Positions 1-11,800 are shown, counted from the stretch's first letter. The stretch: 64,000 nt of DNA from Candidatus Aenigmatarchaeota archaeon (GCA_026397315.1 JAPLVC010000001.1:32001-96000); one strand, 5' to 3'. Notes: generated from the letters alone by a model not told the origin. A program made the numbers and translations.

Positions 1-3000
1 ACAACAGCGTGCTGCAGTGCAAACACAAAATGCATAGACCACACTGGCGCATGCCAATCAACAGACTCGTGTTATACATTCGGGTCAGGCGGCTTAATGT
101 CATGGTGCAACTCCGGAACATGGGAAGACCCTGACGAAGCATCTGGCTATTGCACGGCAACTGGCTGTGCTTATAGCTGGATGTCCAATGTTCCTACCTC
201 GGGAACTCGCTGCTGCGGTGACGACACGGGCAGCGACAACTCTTATTATTATTCGGCTAATCCTACGACTGCAACATCGCTTTCCTGCGAGCGCTGCAAC
301 GCGGGCACTTATGCTTCCGCGAATACGTATTACGGCAACGGGTACATGCCGGGAAGCTCGACGACGAGGACTTGTTATTATGGTGACATAACGTGCAGCG
401 CCGCGTCCGGGGCGAACGGCACTTCTATCAGTGTATATGGGTGGGGGTGGTATAATTCAAGTCTAACGACAACGCCTGCTGTAATATGCCTGAGCGGAGC
501 GGCGACTTGTTCTGACGGCAGCGCTGCTAACGACAGCGCGAGCACTCTGTATGGCAATGGCCGTTGGTCAGGCACGGACAAGACAACCGATACGAGCGGC
601 ACATGTTATTACGGCGACATAACATGTTCTGACGGTTCCGAAGGCAACGGCGCGTCGGCGAGCCTCATAGGCAACGGCAACTCGAACGGCTGTTCGCTTA
701 CGACGGCGACTGGCTGCACATGCTATTATGGCGATCTAACATGCGCCGACAATAGCGCGGCCAACGGCACTTCGACAGGTATCATCGGAAACGGTAATTT
801 GCAGGGCTCGGGAACTTCAAGGACATGCTACTATGGCGACATGGGATGCTCAGACAACTCGGCGACCAACGGGACCACGCAAACAGTTTTTGGTTGGGGC
901 TGGTATAACGCAAGCCTGACAACTACACCGGCCGTGCTGTGTATGAGCGATGCGGCAACATGCACCAATGGCAATGCGGCAAACGATACTATAAGCATAT
1001 TGTTCGGCAACGGTTACCTTTACGGCAGCGGGACTTCCAGGGTGTGCTTTTACAACGACATAACATGTGCATCGGGCAGCGAAAACAACGGAACGTCAGC
1101 AACCGTTTACGGCTGGGGGTGGTACAACAGCTCGCTCACGACGACGCCTGCGGTAATATGCAGAAGTAACGCCGGATCATGTTCGGACGGGAGCTATGCC
1201 AACGATTCCGCCACGACGCTATGCGGCAACGGCTACTTCTCCAGTTCGGCCGCGTCGTGCAGCTCGGCCGACGCTACGTCCGCGACAAGCGGCTATTGCT
1301 ATTACGGTGACATAACTTGCTCATCCGGGAGCGAGGCGAACGGCGCGGTGAGCAGCCTCCTTTTAGGTAACGGCTACACCACCGACACTCCGGCAAGCGA
1401 CGCTTCAGGCACATGTTTCTACGACGACATCACCTGCGCCAACGGCAACAGCGCGAACGGGACACAGGCGACCGTTTACGGCAACGGATACGATTTCGGC
1501 GCCACATGCTATCATGGCGACTGGTCCTGCGGCGACGGGACGTATGCTAACGGCAGCAGCTGTACGATGGCGTGCAGCGGAGCTAGCGAATGTTGCACAA
1601 GCCAGAACATCTACACCGACGCTGTCGGTTGCTCCGACACTGGATGCGCGCAAACCAATCATGAAAGAGACAGCGGCTCGAGCTATTGCACGGCCACCGC
1701 TAGCGGATGCACGGCATACGACTGGAATATAGGCGGCGAGATTAACGCTAGCGTATGCTGCGGCGACGATGCTGGTGAGAACATCCTGGTAAGGTTCTGC
1801 GGTTCGTGGTGCACTTCGAACTCGAGCGACGACGCATGCTGCGACGCGGGCAGCAAGTGTGTTTATGAAAATTCATGCTACGATTCTGCTTCATGTTATT
1901 CGAACGACGCTTACTGCGACGCTGGCACCTGGCGCGACTCGGACGGAGGGCAGACATACTGCGAGGCCTGCGCCGGCGCGGGCAGGTGGAACGCGGGCGG
2001 TGAAATCTCGCCTACGACATGCTGCAGCGACGACACTGGCGAGAATTATGCGTACAGGCTTGCGGACGGAGGGATGGACAACAGCTGGGCCACGAATTCC
2101 AGCGATAACGCATGCTGCAACGCCGCGGACAAATGCGTCGCGGAAAGCGTATGCTATGCGAGCGGCTCGCGCAACGATACGGACAGCGACGGGGACGACG
2201 ACTACTGCAACGCTGGCACGTGGTATGACTGCAACACCCAGTCTGACTGTCCTGCCGGTTACGACTGCTACGGCGGCGACTGCGTCGACGTGATAGACCT
2301 TTCATATGTTTTGCCCACGCCATCGCACGACTCGGTCAACACTGACAACTCGGTCACCATAAACGTCACGGCCAACGATACTCAGGGCAACGGCATAGAC
2401 ACGTGCACGCTTGAATGGAACGGCGTGAACGAAACGATGACCAAGCACGGCAGCGGGACGTATGTCACCTGCCATTCGGACAAAGCCACGATGGCTGGCC
2501 AGAGCTACACTTTCCGCGTCTACGCGAACGACAGCGCGGGCGTGATAGAACTCGAGAACGAGAGGACGTTCGCTGAGAACACCGTACCGTCGATGATGTC
2601 GGTTTACATGAATGTCAGCTACGCCAAGAACGGCGACACCGTGATCATCGCCAGCTCAGGCGCGTCGGACGGTGATGGCGATACTTATTGCATGCGCTGC
2701 GGCAATACCAGCGGCGATGAAAACGTCTGCAATTCGACGCTCGGCTCCGGCGAAATGAACTGCACGTTCGCCAGTGCATGGAGCGGCAATTCACAGCATC
2801 CTGTTTACTGCCGCCTTTACGACGGTTATGAATATTCTTCCGAAAGCAACGCTAGTCTGACAGCGGACAACACGCCTCCGACGCCGGAACCTGCGCAGGT
2901 TTCGTCGCTAGCTCTGGGCTCGACGACAGCATCAGTGACTTCCGTTGTGGCTAGCGACAGCGGTTCCGGACTGCATGCGACTGCATACAGGTTTTATGAT

Positions 3001-4290
3001 GCAGGCGTATGGAGCGATTGGCAGGCTTCAAATGTTTACGTTAACTCGTCGCTAGCGCCGAACACGCAATACTGTTTCCGCGCGCAATGCAGGGACAACG
3101 TGAGCAACGTGGGAACGCAGAGCAATGAAACATGCAATTACACCCTTGCGGACCAACCGTCGATAACAAGGGTCGCATGCTATTACGGCGGCACGCACAT
3201 CTGTGTCGTAAATTTCTCCATGGCGTTGAATCCGACGGGAGTTGATTATTACATAGAAGAGACCAGCGGCAACGCCGGAGGCAGCGACGAGAACTGGACC
3301 ACGTGGTCCGGCGAGCCGTCGTATAGCGACGTGGTCTCGATGCCGCACACCCAGTATTGTTACAGGATAAAGGCGAGGAACCAGAACGATGAGGAAACCT
3401 CTTACTCCTCCGCAGTTTGCAATACCACGTATAACAACCTGCCTTCCGCTTCGAACGTGAAGACTTACGATTCCACGATGACGCAGAAGAGCTTGCTCCG
3501 CGCGGGAAGGATGATATACATAAGAGCCGACGCGACCGACGGCGACGGAGCGGGTGATATAGAAAGCGTGAAGATAAGGATACGCAACAACAACAGCGAC
3601 ATAATGGTCAACAATGCCGACATGACAGCTATTGCATCGATAACGGACGGCTACACGTACCAGTATCAATACACAATCCCGTCGAACGCCGACGGGGTAT
3701 GGCAGATCGAAATCACCGCCACGGACCTGGGCGCGGCTGAGAACGTGACTTACGCGTCTTTCACCGTAGTCTCGCTGAAGCTCAACATAAAACTCGTGCT
3801 TAACGAGACGCAAGCCAGCACCTATGTCCCGGGAGCAGGCGAAAAGAGCTTCGCTGACTTGGCTTACGCGTATTACGCCATACCGCAGAACTATTACATA
3901 ACATCGTATTATGCGGGCGCGCTTTACGGTCTCGTGTTCCAGAACCAGCAGCCGCTGGGCGTCCTGGTCGACAAAGGCGTCGATAGCGTGACGCTGGGCC
4001 TGGACCTGAAATACCCGAATTCGATAGCGTTCGTCGTGAGCTCGAAAGGCGACTGGAAGAACATGCAGAACAGGATTGGCCTGATAAACAGCGGCTCTTT
4101 CCTGCAGTTTTCGGAACCGACGTTCTCGTTCGGCCTCGGAGACAAATATCCCATGGCGATAGTGCTTAATTACGATAACATGGACATACTCGGCAGGAGA
4201 ATGGACGTCGGCAAGGGAAGCAACAATATTGCCATAAGACACGAGGGCCTTTTCGACGAGGACATAGGCCTCAACATATCGAGAAAGTGA
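1..4290 (+). CDS. Giant Cys-rich extracellular/adhesin-like protein, 5'-truncated: tandem Cys/Gly repeats, CCGDD modules, Ig/FN3-like domains
   Basis: Frame is open from base 1 (TTACCSANTKC...), so the start lies upstream of the window. About 11 G[NW]G...CYYGDITC-type repeats, several CCGDD/CCSDD motifs, FN3-like 'PNTQYCFR' and 'PHTQYCYRIKARN' segments. Confidence 0.75.
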   Translation, partial: TTACCSANTKCIDHTGACQSTDSCYTFGSGGLMSWCNSGTWEDPDEASGYCTATGCAYSWMSNVPTSGTRCCGDDTGSDNSYYYSANPTTATSLSCERCNAGTYASANTYYGNGYMPGSSTTRTCYYGDITCSAASGANGTSISVYGWGWYNSSLTTTPAVICLSGAATCSDGSAANDSASTLYGNGRWSGTDKTTDTSGTCYYGDITCSDGSEGNGASASLIGNGNSNGCSLTTATGCTCYYGDLTCADNSAANGTSTGIIGNGNLQGSGTSRTCYYGDMGCSDNSATNGTTQTVFGWGWYNASLTTTPAVLCMSDAATCTNGNAANDTISILFGNGYLYGSGTSRVCFYNDITCASGSENNGTSATVYGWGWYNSSLTTTPAVICRSNAGSCSDGSYANDSATTLCGNGYFSSSAASCSSADATSATSGYCYYGDITCSSGSEANGAVSSLLLGNGYTTDTPASDASGTCFYDDITCANGNSANGTQATVYGNGYDFGATCYHGDWSCGDGTYANGSSCTMACSGASECCTSQNIYTDAVGCSDTGCAQTNHERDSGSSYCTATASGCTAYDWNIGGEINASVCCGDDAGENILVRFCGSWCTSNSSDDACCDAGSKCVYENSCYDSASCYSNDAYCDAGTWRDSDGGQTYCEACAGAGRWNAGGEISPTTCCSDDTGENYAYRLADGGMDNSWATNSSDNACCNAADKCVAESVCYASGSRNDTDSDGDDDYCNAGTWYDCNTQSDCPAGYDCYGGDCVDVIDLSYVLPTPSHDSVNTDNSVTINVTANDTQGNGIDTCTLEWNGVNETMTKHGSGTYVTCHSDKATMAGQSYTFRVYANDSAGVIELENERTFAENTVPSMMSVYMNVSYAKNGDTVIIASSGASDGDGDTYCMRCGNTSGDENVCNSTLGSGEMNCTFASAWSGNSQHPVYCRLYDGYEYSSESNASLTADNTPPTPEPAQVSSLALGSTTASVTSVVASDSGSGLHATAYRFYDAGVWSDWQASNVYVNSSLAPNTQYCFRAQCRDNVSNVGTQSNETCNYTLADQPSITRVACYYGGTHICVVNFSMALNPTGVDYYIEETSGNAGGSDENWTTWSGEPSYSDVVSMPHTQYCYRIKARNQNDEETSYSSAVCNTTYNNLPSASNVKTYDSTMTQKSLLRAGRMIYIRADATDGDGAGDIESVKIRIRNNNSDIMVNNADMTAIASITDGYTYQYQYTIPSNADGVWQIEITATDLGAAENVTYASFTVVSLKLNIKLVLNETQASTYVPGAGEKSFADLAYAYYAIPQNYYITSYYAGALYGLVFQNQQPLGVLVDKGVDSVTLGLDLKYPNSIAFVVSSKGDWKNMQNRIGLINSGSFLQFSEPTFSFGLGDKYPMAIVLNYDNMDILGRRMDVGKGSNNIAIRHEGLFDEDIGLNISRK

Positions 4291-4345
4291 ATCGTTTCTG
4301 CGTCAAGAGTCTTGAAATATAAGCGGACTAGGACAATTAATAAAC

Positions 4346-6460
4346 ATGGTCAGCCTCTTCAAAAAAAAGAAGAACGACAGGGCAAAGGAAGAAGCATCTG
4401 AAGGCGTCCCGGACAGCATAATAAAAAGCTACCAGACGCTGCGCTTCCCGGAAGACAGGAAAGTAACGGTCACGTCGAGGGAATTCCAGCTGTTCAAGAA
4501 AAAGGAAGACATCCCGCTCACGTGGTTCGAAAGGCTCGCCGGCATTGCGGGAAAGATAATTTCCGTTAACCCGCCGGACGCGAAGACGAAAGCGGACATC
4601 GACAGCGCCATAAACTTCACCGGCATGCGCATCACGTCCAAGGACGTCACGGCGCTCGTTTATCTGACGATAATGTTTTTCGTGATTTCATCCATCATAC
4701 TCGTGGCGCTGGCTCTCATTCCTTTAATGGGCATACTGTTCATATCAGCCGCCGGAGTCGCCTTGGCGTTCTATTTCCTGAAATATCCGATCAACCAGAT
4801 GAAGATGTACAGGATCGAAGCCTCGTCGCAAGTCGTGCTGGCCATCCTTTACATGGTCGTGTCGATGCGCGTCACTCCCAATCTCGAGCAGGCGCTGCGC
4901 TTCTCAGCGGCGAACGTCACTGGTCCGCTCGCATGGGACATGCGCAAGCTGCTGTGGGACATAGAGATGGGCAAGTATTATTCCGCGTCACAAGCCATGA
5001 CAGATTACATTGCCAAATGGAAATCCGAGAACGAGGAGTTTTCTGAAGCGCTGCGGCTTATCCGCGACTCGCGCACGCACAGTTCCGAGAAGGCGGAGAT
5101 AATCCTCGACGAGGCGCTCGACGTCATACTCAGCGGCACCAAGACGCGCATGAAGCACTACGCCCAGGATCTCACGCTGCCTGTCAGCATAATACACATG
5201 ATGGGCATCGTGCTTCCGATACTCGGCAGCATCATGGCGCCGCTAGCGGCCGTCTTCCTTTCCGACATCGCGAAGCCGGAATATTTCTTCGCGCTTTACG
5301 ACGTCATCCTGCCGATATTCATCATATGGTTCATCAACTCCATCCTGAAGAAGCGCCCGACTACATTCTCGCAGGTCGACACTTCCATGCATCCCGACCT
5401 CCCGCCGCAGGGCAGCTTCAGCGTGAGGATTGGCAAGAAGAAAGTAAATCTTCCAGCCATGCCGTTCGCCTTAATCGTGGGCCTCGCCTTCATCCTGCCG
5501 GCGCTGCTTTTCTTCGCGGCGAACCCGGAATCCATAATCTCGGCGAAAGGGACGCACGACATAGTGTCCATGGTCATGTCCATGATGCTGATATTGGGAG
5601 GGGCCTTCGGCATCGCGACTTATTGCATACTTTCCAATTTCCAGCGCATAAGCATACAGGACGACGTGCTGAAGACGGAGAGCGAGTTCGAGATGGCGCT
5701 GTTCCAGCTGGGCAACAGGATTTCCGGCGGCATACCGCCCGAGCTGGCCATAGAGAAATCCGCCGACGACGTGAAAGACCTGAGCATTTCCGGCCTCTTC
5801 ACGATAACGATAAGGAACATGAGAAACCTCGGCATGACATTCAGGGAGGCGCTGCTCGACGAGAAATACGGCGCGATACGCTACTACCCGAGCAACCTGA
5901 TAAGGAACATCATGTTCATGGTCGTGGACATAGCCAGAAAAGGCGTCAAATACGCCGCCGAGGGCATGCTCACCGTCTCGAAATACCTGCGCAACATCCG
6001 CGAGACGCAGGAATACATCCGCGACCTGTTACAAGAATCGGTGTCGTCGATGAAGTTCCAGGCCTACATGCTCACCCCGATGGTAACGGGGCTCATAGTC
6101 TCGATGGCCCAGATAATCATAAAGGTGCTTGCCATCCTCAGCTCCAAGCTGAGCAGCCTGAGCGCGGGCACCGACATGCCCATAAACATCAGCGGCGGCC
6201 TGATGGGAGGCGGCGACATGTCCAGCACAGTCTCGCCGGAGATATTCCAGATAATCATAGGCATCTACCTGATAGAAATAATAATAATCCTCGCCATGTT
6301 CATGACCAAGATATCACAGGGAGAGAACAAGGTCTACATGTGGTACACTGCTGGCAAGATGTTAATCGTAGCGGTGGTCATGTACTTCCTGGTCGCGCTC
6401 GGAGCTTCGACGATGTTCGGCGAGCTCATAGCCAGCGCGGTCGAGGGCATAACAGGATGA
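4346..6460 (+). CDS. Type II secretion F / TadC / FlaJ-like polytopic membrane protein (type IV pilus platform)
   Basis: 704 aa, many TM segments, two T2SSF-like cytoplasmic domains ('NLEQALRFSAAN..GPLAWD', 'LGNRISGGIPPELAI'). Confidence 0.75.
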   Translation: MVSLFKKKKNDRAKEEASEGVPDSIIKSYQTLRFPEDRKVTVTSREFQLFKKKEDIPLTWFERLAGIAGKIISVNPPDAKTKADIDSAINFTGMRITSKDVTALVYLTIMFFVISSIILVALALIPLMGILFISAAGVALAFYFLKYPINQMKMYRIEASSQVVLAILYMVVSMRVTPNLEQALRFSAANVTGPLAWDMRKLLWDIEMGKYYSASQAMTDYIAKWKSENEEFSEALRLIRDSRTHSSEKAEIILDEALDVILSGTKTRMKHYAQDLTLPVSIIHMMGIVLPILGSIMAPLAAVFLSDIAKPEYFFALYDVILPIFIIWFINSILKKRPTTFSQVDTSMHPDLPPQGSFSVRIGKKKVNLPAMPFALIVGLAFILPALLFFAANPESIISAKGTHDIVSMVMSMMLILGGAFGIATYCILSNFQRISIQDDVLKTESEFEMALFQLGNRISGGIPPELAIEKSADDVKDLSISGLFTITIRNMRNLGMTFREALLDEKYGAIRYYPSNLIRNIMFMVVDIARKGVKYAAEGMLTVSKYLRNIRETQEYIRDLLQESVSSMKFQAYMLTPMVTGLIVSMAQIIIKVLAILSSKLSSLSAGTDMPINISGGLMGGGDMSSTVSPEIFQIIIGIYLIEIIIILAMFMTKISQGENKVYMWYTAGKMLIVAVVMYFLVALGASTMFGELIASAVEGITG

Positions 6461-6529
6461 CGATTTCGAATGACGACCTGAACTATAAATCCAAGTCGTC
6501 TATCGCTTTCTTTTTCTGAAAGAAAAAGG

Positions 6530-6604
6530 GGCCACGGCCGAGATTTGAACTCGGGCTAAGAGATCCACAGTCTCTTGTGCTGACCAGGCTACACCACCGC
6601 GGCC
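6530..6604 (-). tRNA. tRNA-His(GTG), G-1 apparently genome-encoded, no CCA
   Basis: Acceptor stem GCCGCGG/CCGTGGC, anticodon arm AGAGA-CT-GTG-GA-TCTCT, T-loop TTCAAAT, C73 discriminator. Confidence 0.95.
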
Positions 6605-6657
6605 ATAGTAATATAATGAATCATCGATGCTTTAAAAATTTAAAAGCGGCGGGCCGT

Positions 6658-8250
6658 TTATTTTTCTTCCTTTTTTTCGTGGTGTTTTTCCTGCGGCTTG
6701 TCCTGCGGTTTCGCTTCCATCTCCGGCCTCATGAACGGGAACAGAATCACGTCGCGGATCGAGACCGAGTCTGTGAGCAGCATGGTCAGGCGGTCAATCC
6801 CGACTCCAAGACCCGACGTGGGCGGCATCCCGTATTCGAGCGCCTCGATGAAGTCCTCGTCCATGCGCTGGCTCTCGTCGTCGCCGCGCTTGAACTCTTT
6901 TTCGGCCTCCTGCCAGTACTCTCGAAGGCGGTTTGGGTCGTTCTCCTCGCAGTATGAAAGCCCCATTTCCCAGCCATTTATTATTATCTCGAATGCCTCG
7001 TTGAGCCTCGGGTCGTCCTTATTTATTTTCGCAAGTCCCGCCGCCTCGAACGGATAATCGTGAACCAGCGTGGGCTGGATGAGCTTCGGCTGGGCCAGCT
7101 CCTCGAACGTCGCTAACACTATCTGGCCCCACGTCTCGCATTTCTCCAGCTTGACTGCATCGACTCCAGCTTTGTGCGCCGCCTTTTTCGCTTCGCTAAA
7201 ATCGAGACTGTCGTAGTCGACGTGCGCGTGCTCCTTTATCGCGTCGAGCAAACGCACGCGCCTCCACGGCGTTTTCATGTCGAGCTCAGTGCCCTGGTAA
7301 TTCATCTTCGCGTGACCATGAACTTTCTTGGCGATGAAGCTGAACATCTCCTCGGCGAAAGTCATGTTGTCCTTGTAGTCGGCGTAGGCCCACATGGTCT
7401 CGACCTGCGTGAACTCGGGATTGTGCAGCTTGTCTATCCCTTCGTTGCGGAAGTCGCGCGAGAACTCGAATATCTTCTCGTAACCGCCCACGATGAGCCG
7501 CTTGAGATAGAGTTCATTAGAGATTCGCATGTAGACTTTCATGTCGAGCGCGTGCAGCTTCGACTCGAAAGGCCTTGCGGCCGCGCCGCCGTATATCGGC
7601 TGGAGTATCGGCGTTTCGACTTCGGTAAATCCTCGTTCAGTCATGAAGTCGCGGATGGCCTGCATGATTTTTGAGCGGTTGTCAAACGTCTTGCGCACGT
7701 CCGGGTTCAGTATTAGGTCGACGTATCGTTTTCGATAGCGCAACTCCTTGTCCTTGAGGCCGTACCAGTCCTTTGGAAGGGGGAGCAGTGATTTTGTCAG
7801 CAGTTCAAAGTCGTCCACGTGCACGCTCAGCTCTCCTCGTTGTGTGCGCAGCACGCTTCCATGCGCGCCGACAATGTCGTTGGTATTTATCATCGCATCG
7901 AAGAACGCGAACTTCTCGGGTCCCACACCTTTCTCGTCTATGAAAAGCTGTATTTTGCCAGTCCCGTCCTGCAAATCGGCGAATATGAGCTTGCCGTGCT
8001 TTCTTATCGACTTGAGGCGGCCGGCTATCGACGTTTTCGCTCCATGAAGATGCTCGCCGTTCTTGAGCTCTTTCGCTTTTTCTGCGATCGCTTCTATCAT
8101 GTGCGTCTTCTCGAAGCGCCTCTTGTATGGATCATTCGCTTTTCGCAGCTCTGCCAGCTTCGCTTTCCTCTCCTCGATTTCAGAAGCGGAAGCATCCTGC
8201 CCAGGCTGATCTGGGATTTTATGCTGGGAACTTTCATCTTTACTACTCAT
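6658..8250 (-). CDS. lysS: Lysyl-tRNA synthetase, class II
   Basis: OB-fold N-terminus, 'YMRISNELYLKRLIVGG', motif 2 'FRNEGID..HNPEF', motif 3 'GMPPTSGLGVGIDRL'. Confidence 0.97.
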   Translation of the reverse strand: MSSKDESSQHKIPDQPGQDASASEIEERKAKLAELRKANDPYKRRFEKTHMIEAIAEKAKELKNGEHLHGAKTSIAGRLKSIRKHGKLIFADLQDGTGKIQLFIDEKGVGPEKFAFFDAMINTNDIVGAHGSVLRTQRGELSVHVDDFELLTKSLLPLPKDWYGLKDKELRYRKRYVDLILNPDVRKTFDNRSKIMQAIRDFMTERGFTEVETPILQPIYGGAAARPFESKLHALDMKVYMRISNELYLKRLIVGGYEKIFEFSRDFRNEGIDKLHNPEFTQVETMWAYADYKDNMTFAEEMFSFIAKKVHGHAKMNYQGTELDMKTPWRRVRLLDAIKEHAHVDYDSLDFSEAKKAAHKAGVDAVKLEKCETWGQIVLATFEELAQPKLIQPTLVHDYPFEAAGLAKINKDDPRLNEAFEIIINGWEMGLSYCEENDPNRLREYWQEAEKEFKRGDDESQRMDEDFIEALEYGMPPTSGLGVGIDRLTMLLTDSVSIRDVILFPFMRPEMEAKPQDKPQEKHHEKKEEK

Positions 8251-8839
8251 ATTCCACCCATGCTTTTTCGAAATACGTCTCCATCTGGCGCGCCAGCGCC
8301 TCGGAGTATATTATGACGTTGGCCTCGCGGTTCGCTTCGAATGAATAATGTTCCAGATGCGACGAGCCTATTATAACAATTTTCGAGTCTATTATTATAA
8401 AGTTAGCGCCGGATGTTGTGTTGGTCGAATCGTATCGTATGCTCATGTTCCTCGCGTCTATCGTCACCAGGACGTCCCTGGACGTGGCCTTTCTCGAAGT
8501 TATTATCTTAACATCAACGCCTCTTCCGAGCGCGCCTTCCATGCTTTCGACGACGCGGTTGACGCTGCTCTTCGGGTAGGAAAAGTAGAATCTCATGTCG
8601 TACATCATCATGCGAACGCTGGTATTGGCCGAGTTTATCAGGCCCGTCACCGCCGGGAAATAATCCCTGTCAGTGACCAGACGGACCTGGTTCCCGCCGA
8701 TGTCAAAAGGGCCGTGCGATGACAGCGTGAAAGCGAAATACGCGTAAGTCAGAAGCGAGCCGAGCAGCGCAGCGGCCGCCAGCCATATACAAAAAGCCCT
8801 GAAATCGATTTTCCCGCAAGGCATATGCTTCGCGCACAT
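8243..8839 (-). CDS. Membrane-anchored phospholipase D/Nuc-like domain protein with degenerate HKD motif
   Basis: N-terminal TM; PLD-like segments 'LINSANTSVRMMMY', 'RGVDVKII', 'IIIDSKIVIIGSS', 'NREANVII'; HxK replaced by 'GAN'. Confidence 0.75.
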   Translation of the reverse strand: MCAKHMPCGKIDFRAFCIWLAAAALLGSLLTYAYFAFTLSSHGPFDIGGNQVRLVTDRDYFPAVTGLINSANTSVRMMMYDMRFYFSYPKSSVNRVVESMEGALGRGVDVKIITSRKATSRDVLVTIDARNMSIRYDSTNTTSGANFIIIDSKIVIIGSSHLEHYSFEANREANVIIYSEALARQMETYFEKAWVEYE

Positions 8840-8895
8840 AGCTATACTATATAAGTTAATTATAATAATAAATAGAAATAGAGGCAGCCATAATT

Positions 8896-11800
8896 TTGGT
8901 GGGTATGATGCGTAATTTGAGAAATCTATTGTTCGCTTCAGCGTTAGTTTTGTTTGTTTTTTTGTTTTCGTTATACCAGGGCTCTGCTGTGAACAGCAGT
9001 CTCGGCAATTTCACGGTAACGCCGGACACACTGTATGTCAACTGGACCAGCGGCGTGATAAACATAACATCCATAGCCGCTAACGATACTTTCTACCACA
9101 TTCAGAACACGACAGAAGCGCTCTCATCCCAATACTTCAGCAGCAGCATATATCCGCAAAATTCTTACACTGGATATAATGGAACTAACACTTCCTATTG
9201 TTTTACCAGCGGTGCCAGCGGCATGAAATTCTATGTCCAGAACGCCAGCTCAGGCGCTTACACAAATTTAACCGACTTTATTAACATCAGCATTCCGACT
9301 CTTTATAATATAATTGCATATCAGTTCTGTCCGCCGGGCCTTTACAACGGCACGTTCAATGTCACAAGAAACAGCACGTTTATCGATTACGCAATCATCA
9401 ATGCCTCAATAATAATACCCGTCAGCACGTCGAACACTTTTTCCGAGGCCAGCAGTTACGGCTTCGTGAGAGGCACGGTGACGACCGGCTCCAACCTCAT
9501 TCATAAATTCTACTTCAACACGAGTATCGCGCAGAACCTGACCGGCGTGTTCATCAATCTGACCGACACGACCGACCAGACTGAAGACATAGACGCTTAC
9601 CTTTTCGATTCTTCCGGAACGCTTCTTGTGCGCTCCGCCGAGAACGGCACGACCATGGATAATATTTACAGGGAACTGCCATCTACGAGCGACATGTGGC
9701 AGCTGTGGGTGCTCGGCAACGTCTCGTCTTCGCATAGCTATCATGTCAACATATCTTTCTCGACGCTGAACGCCACCAACGCTAACGACGGGCTCCAGCA
9801 AATCACGTCGCTGGATTTCGGCGAGTTCACACCAGTGAACAACCAGTCATCTCAGATAAACGTGACGCTCAGGAACATCGACACGACTGAATGGAGCAGC
9901 GTGATGCAGAGGAGCGAGATTTACCGCACCGAGACATGGACCATGAAAAACACGACCGGCGACTATTACTTCATCGTTCCGTCATTCGCAACCAAGGTCA
10001 AAATCAAAATAGAATGGAAAGGCCAGACGCGCTGGACAGTCGCGCTTAACAAGACCGACACTTTTGTGGGCAACAGCTCAAGGAAATACCAGACGGGCAA
10101 CCTGACCAGCACGACTCAGGAGGAAAACGTCATTTACACTGGTGCAATAAGCGAGAGCAACGACGGCCTGTGGAAAATAAGCGTCGGTAACATATCTGCC
10201 ATAGGCGACGACAAATACAACGTGACTGCGCAGGTCTGGTATAACTCATCATACTGGCTCAGTTCCGACTACCCTGCTTCGGGGTTCAATTTCAACTCGT
10301 CACTTGGCTTGGACAACTCGACCAAGAACGTTTCATTGAGGATCACGCTTCCGCCGGCAAACATAAACAATGGCAACTACAGCGGTTTCGTGGAATACTA
10401 CAGAGACGGCAGTTGGGCCAAGAGAATCCCGCTGTCATTCTCTGTCAGAGCCGGAACACTTATAATCAACAACACGCTGAGCACCGTGACCGAAACAAGG
10501 CACGACAACATCGGCTTCAACAGAGCAGGGGACGGCGCGCTTTGGGTGAACCTCACGCTCAACAACACGGGCGGCTCGGACATATACTTTGTTAACACCA
10601 CGTCGAACTACACGCTCTTGAACTCTGGCTACAACATAAGTTTCGACGTGCAGTGGCCTTCCAGTCCGATAGCCGCAGGCACACAGAAGACCATGAACAT
10701 AAGCATAACCATAAACACAAACAACACACAAAACACACAGGGCCTTTATTACGGCGAGATAATCCTGAACACTACCAATTCGACAAATTCATCTTCAGTC
10801 TCGTACCCGTTCAACGTATACTATGTGTACCTTTACGTCAACCTCACGGATGTCGTGATTGTTAACGTCACTGACGTGAGCCCGACTTTCATCGCGCTGC
10901 CGAACATCAGCAATAACATGACGTTCAATGTGACGGCGATGCTGGCAAACGGAAGCGTAATCTCACAGATGGATTTGATAAACGAAAACCATTTCACAAA
11001 CATAAGACTCATTGAAGGTAACTTATCGGCAAACAACATCACAACGCTCGGTAGTTACGGCAAATCGAACATAAGTGCTCCGTGGGATAAAGTTTGCCCG
11101 ACATCCGGAGGGTATACATATTGCAGAATAAATGCAACTCAGCCAAACGGGGCGCCGCCGGGCGGAACTTACTATGGTTATGTCACCGTCAATTTCAACA
11201 CATTACAACTCGGCGGAACCGGAGAACGCAACATAAGCGGCACAGGAAGGACTGCCGTGCCCGTGACAATAAACGACTCCGGCCTCAAGTTGCATCCAGA
11301 CATATTCAACGACGACAACGGGTTCTACGAAAACAAAATCGCTTATTTCTCGGCAAACATTTCAAATTACGGCCCGCTGGGCGTGACCAACGCATTCGTG
11401 ATTTTCAAGAAGAGTTCATCTACTGATTGCACAAATGCCATATACAGTGTCATAAGAACTAATGCCACATGCAGCGTCGGGACAGTGGTTGCAGGATCGG
11501 GCAACGATATATGGAACGTGACACTTCCCGGATTCATGATCGGTGCCACAAACTGCACGCTGAGATGGAGAGTGACTGCCAATGCAGTCAACGCCAATAC
11601 TGACTGCAATATGATATTGGGCATAGCCAACAATTATTCAAATTTCGGCAACTACACGCAACTCTACATAACAGTGCTGGACAATACGACGACAACGACC
11701 GATGAGGATGAAGGCGGGGGCGGCCAGACGACGACTTGTTCGTCCAACATAACATGCGGCGACACGCAATACTGCAAGAGCGGAACATGCACGAATCTCG

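Noticed and set aside
3052-6519. Long alternative ORFs (3052-4242 -, 5326-6519 +; likewise 16076-17134, 21514-22440, 29922-31142, 58579-59622)
   Set aside because: Antisense or frame-shifted shadows of well-supported genes with GC-rich third positions.
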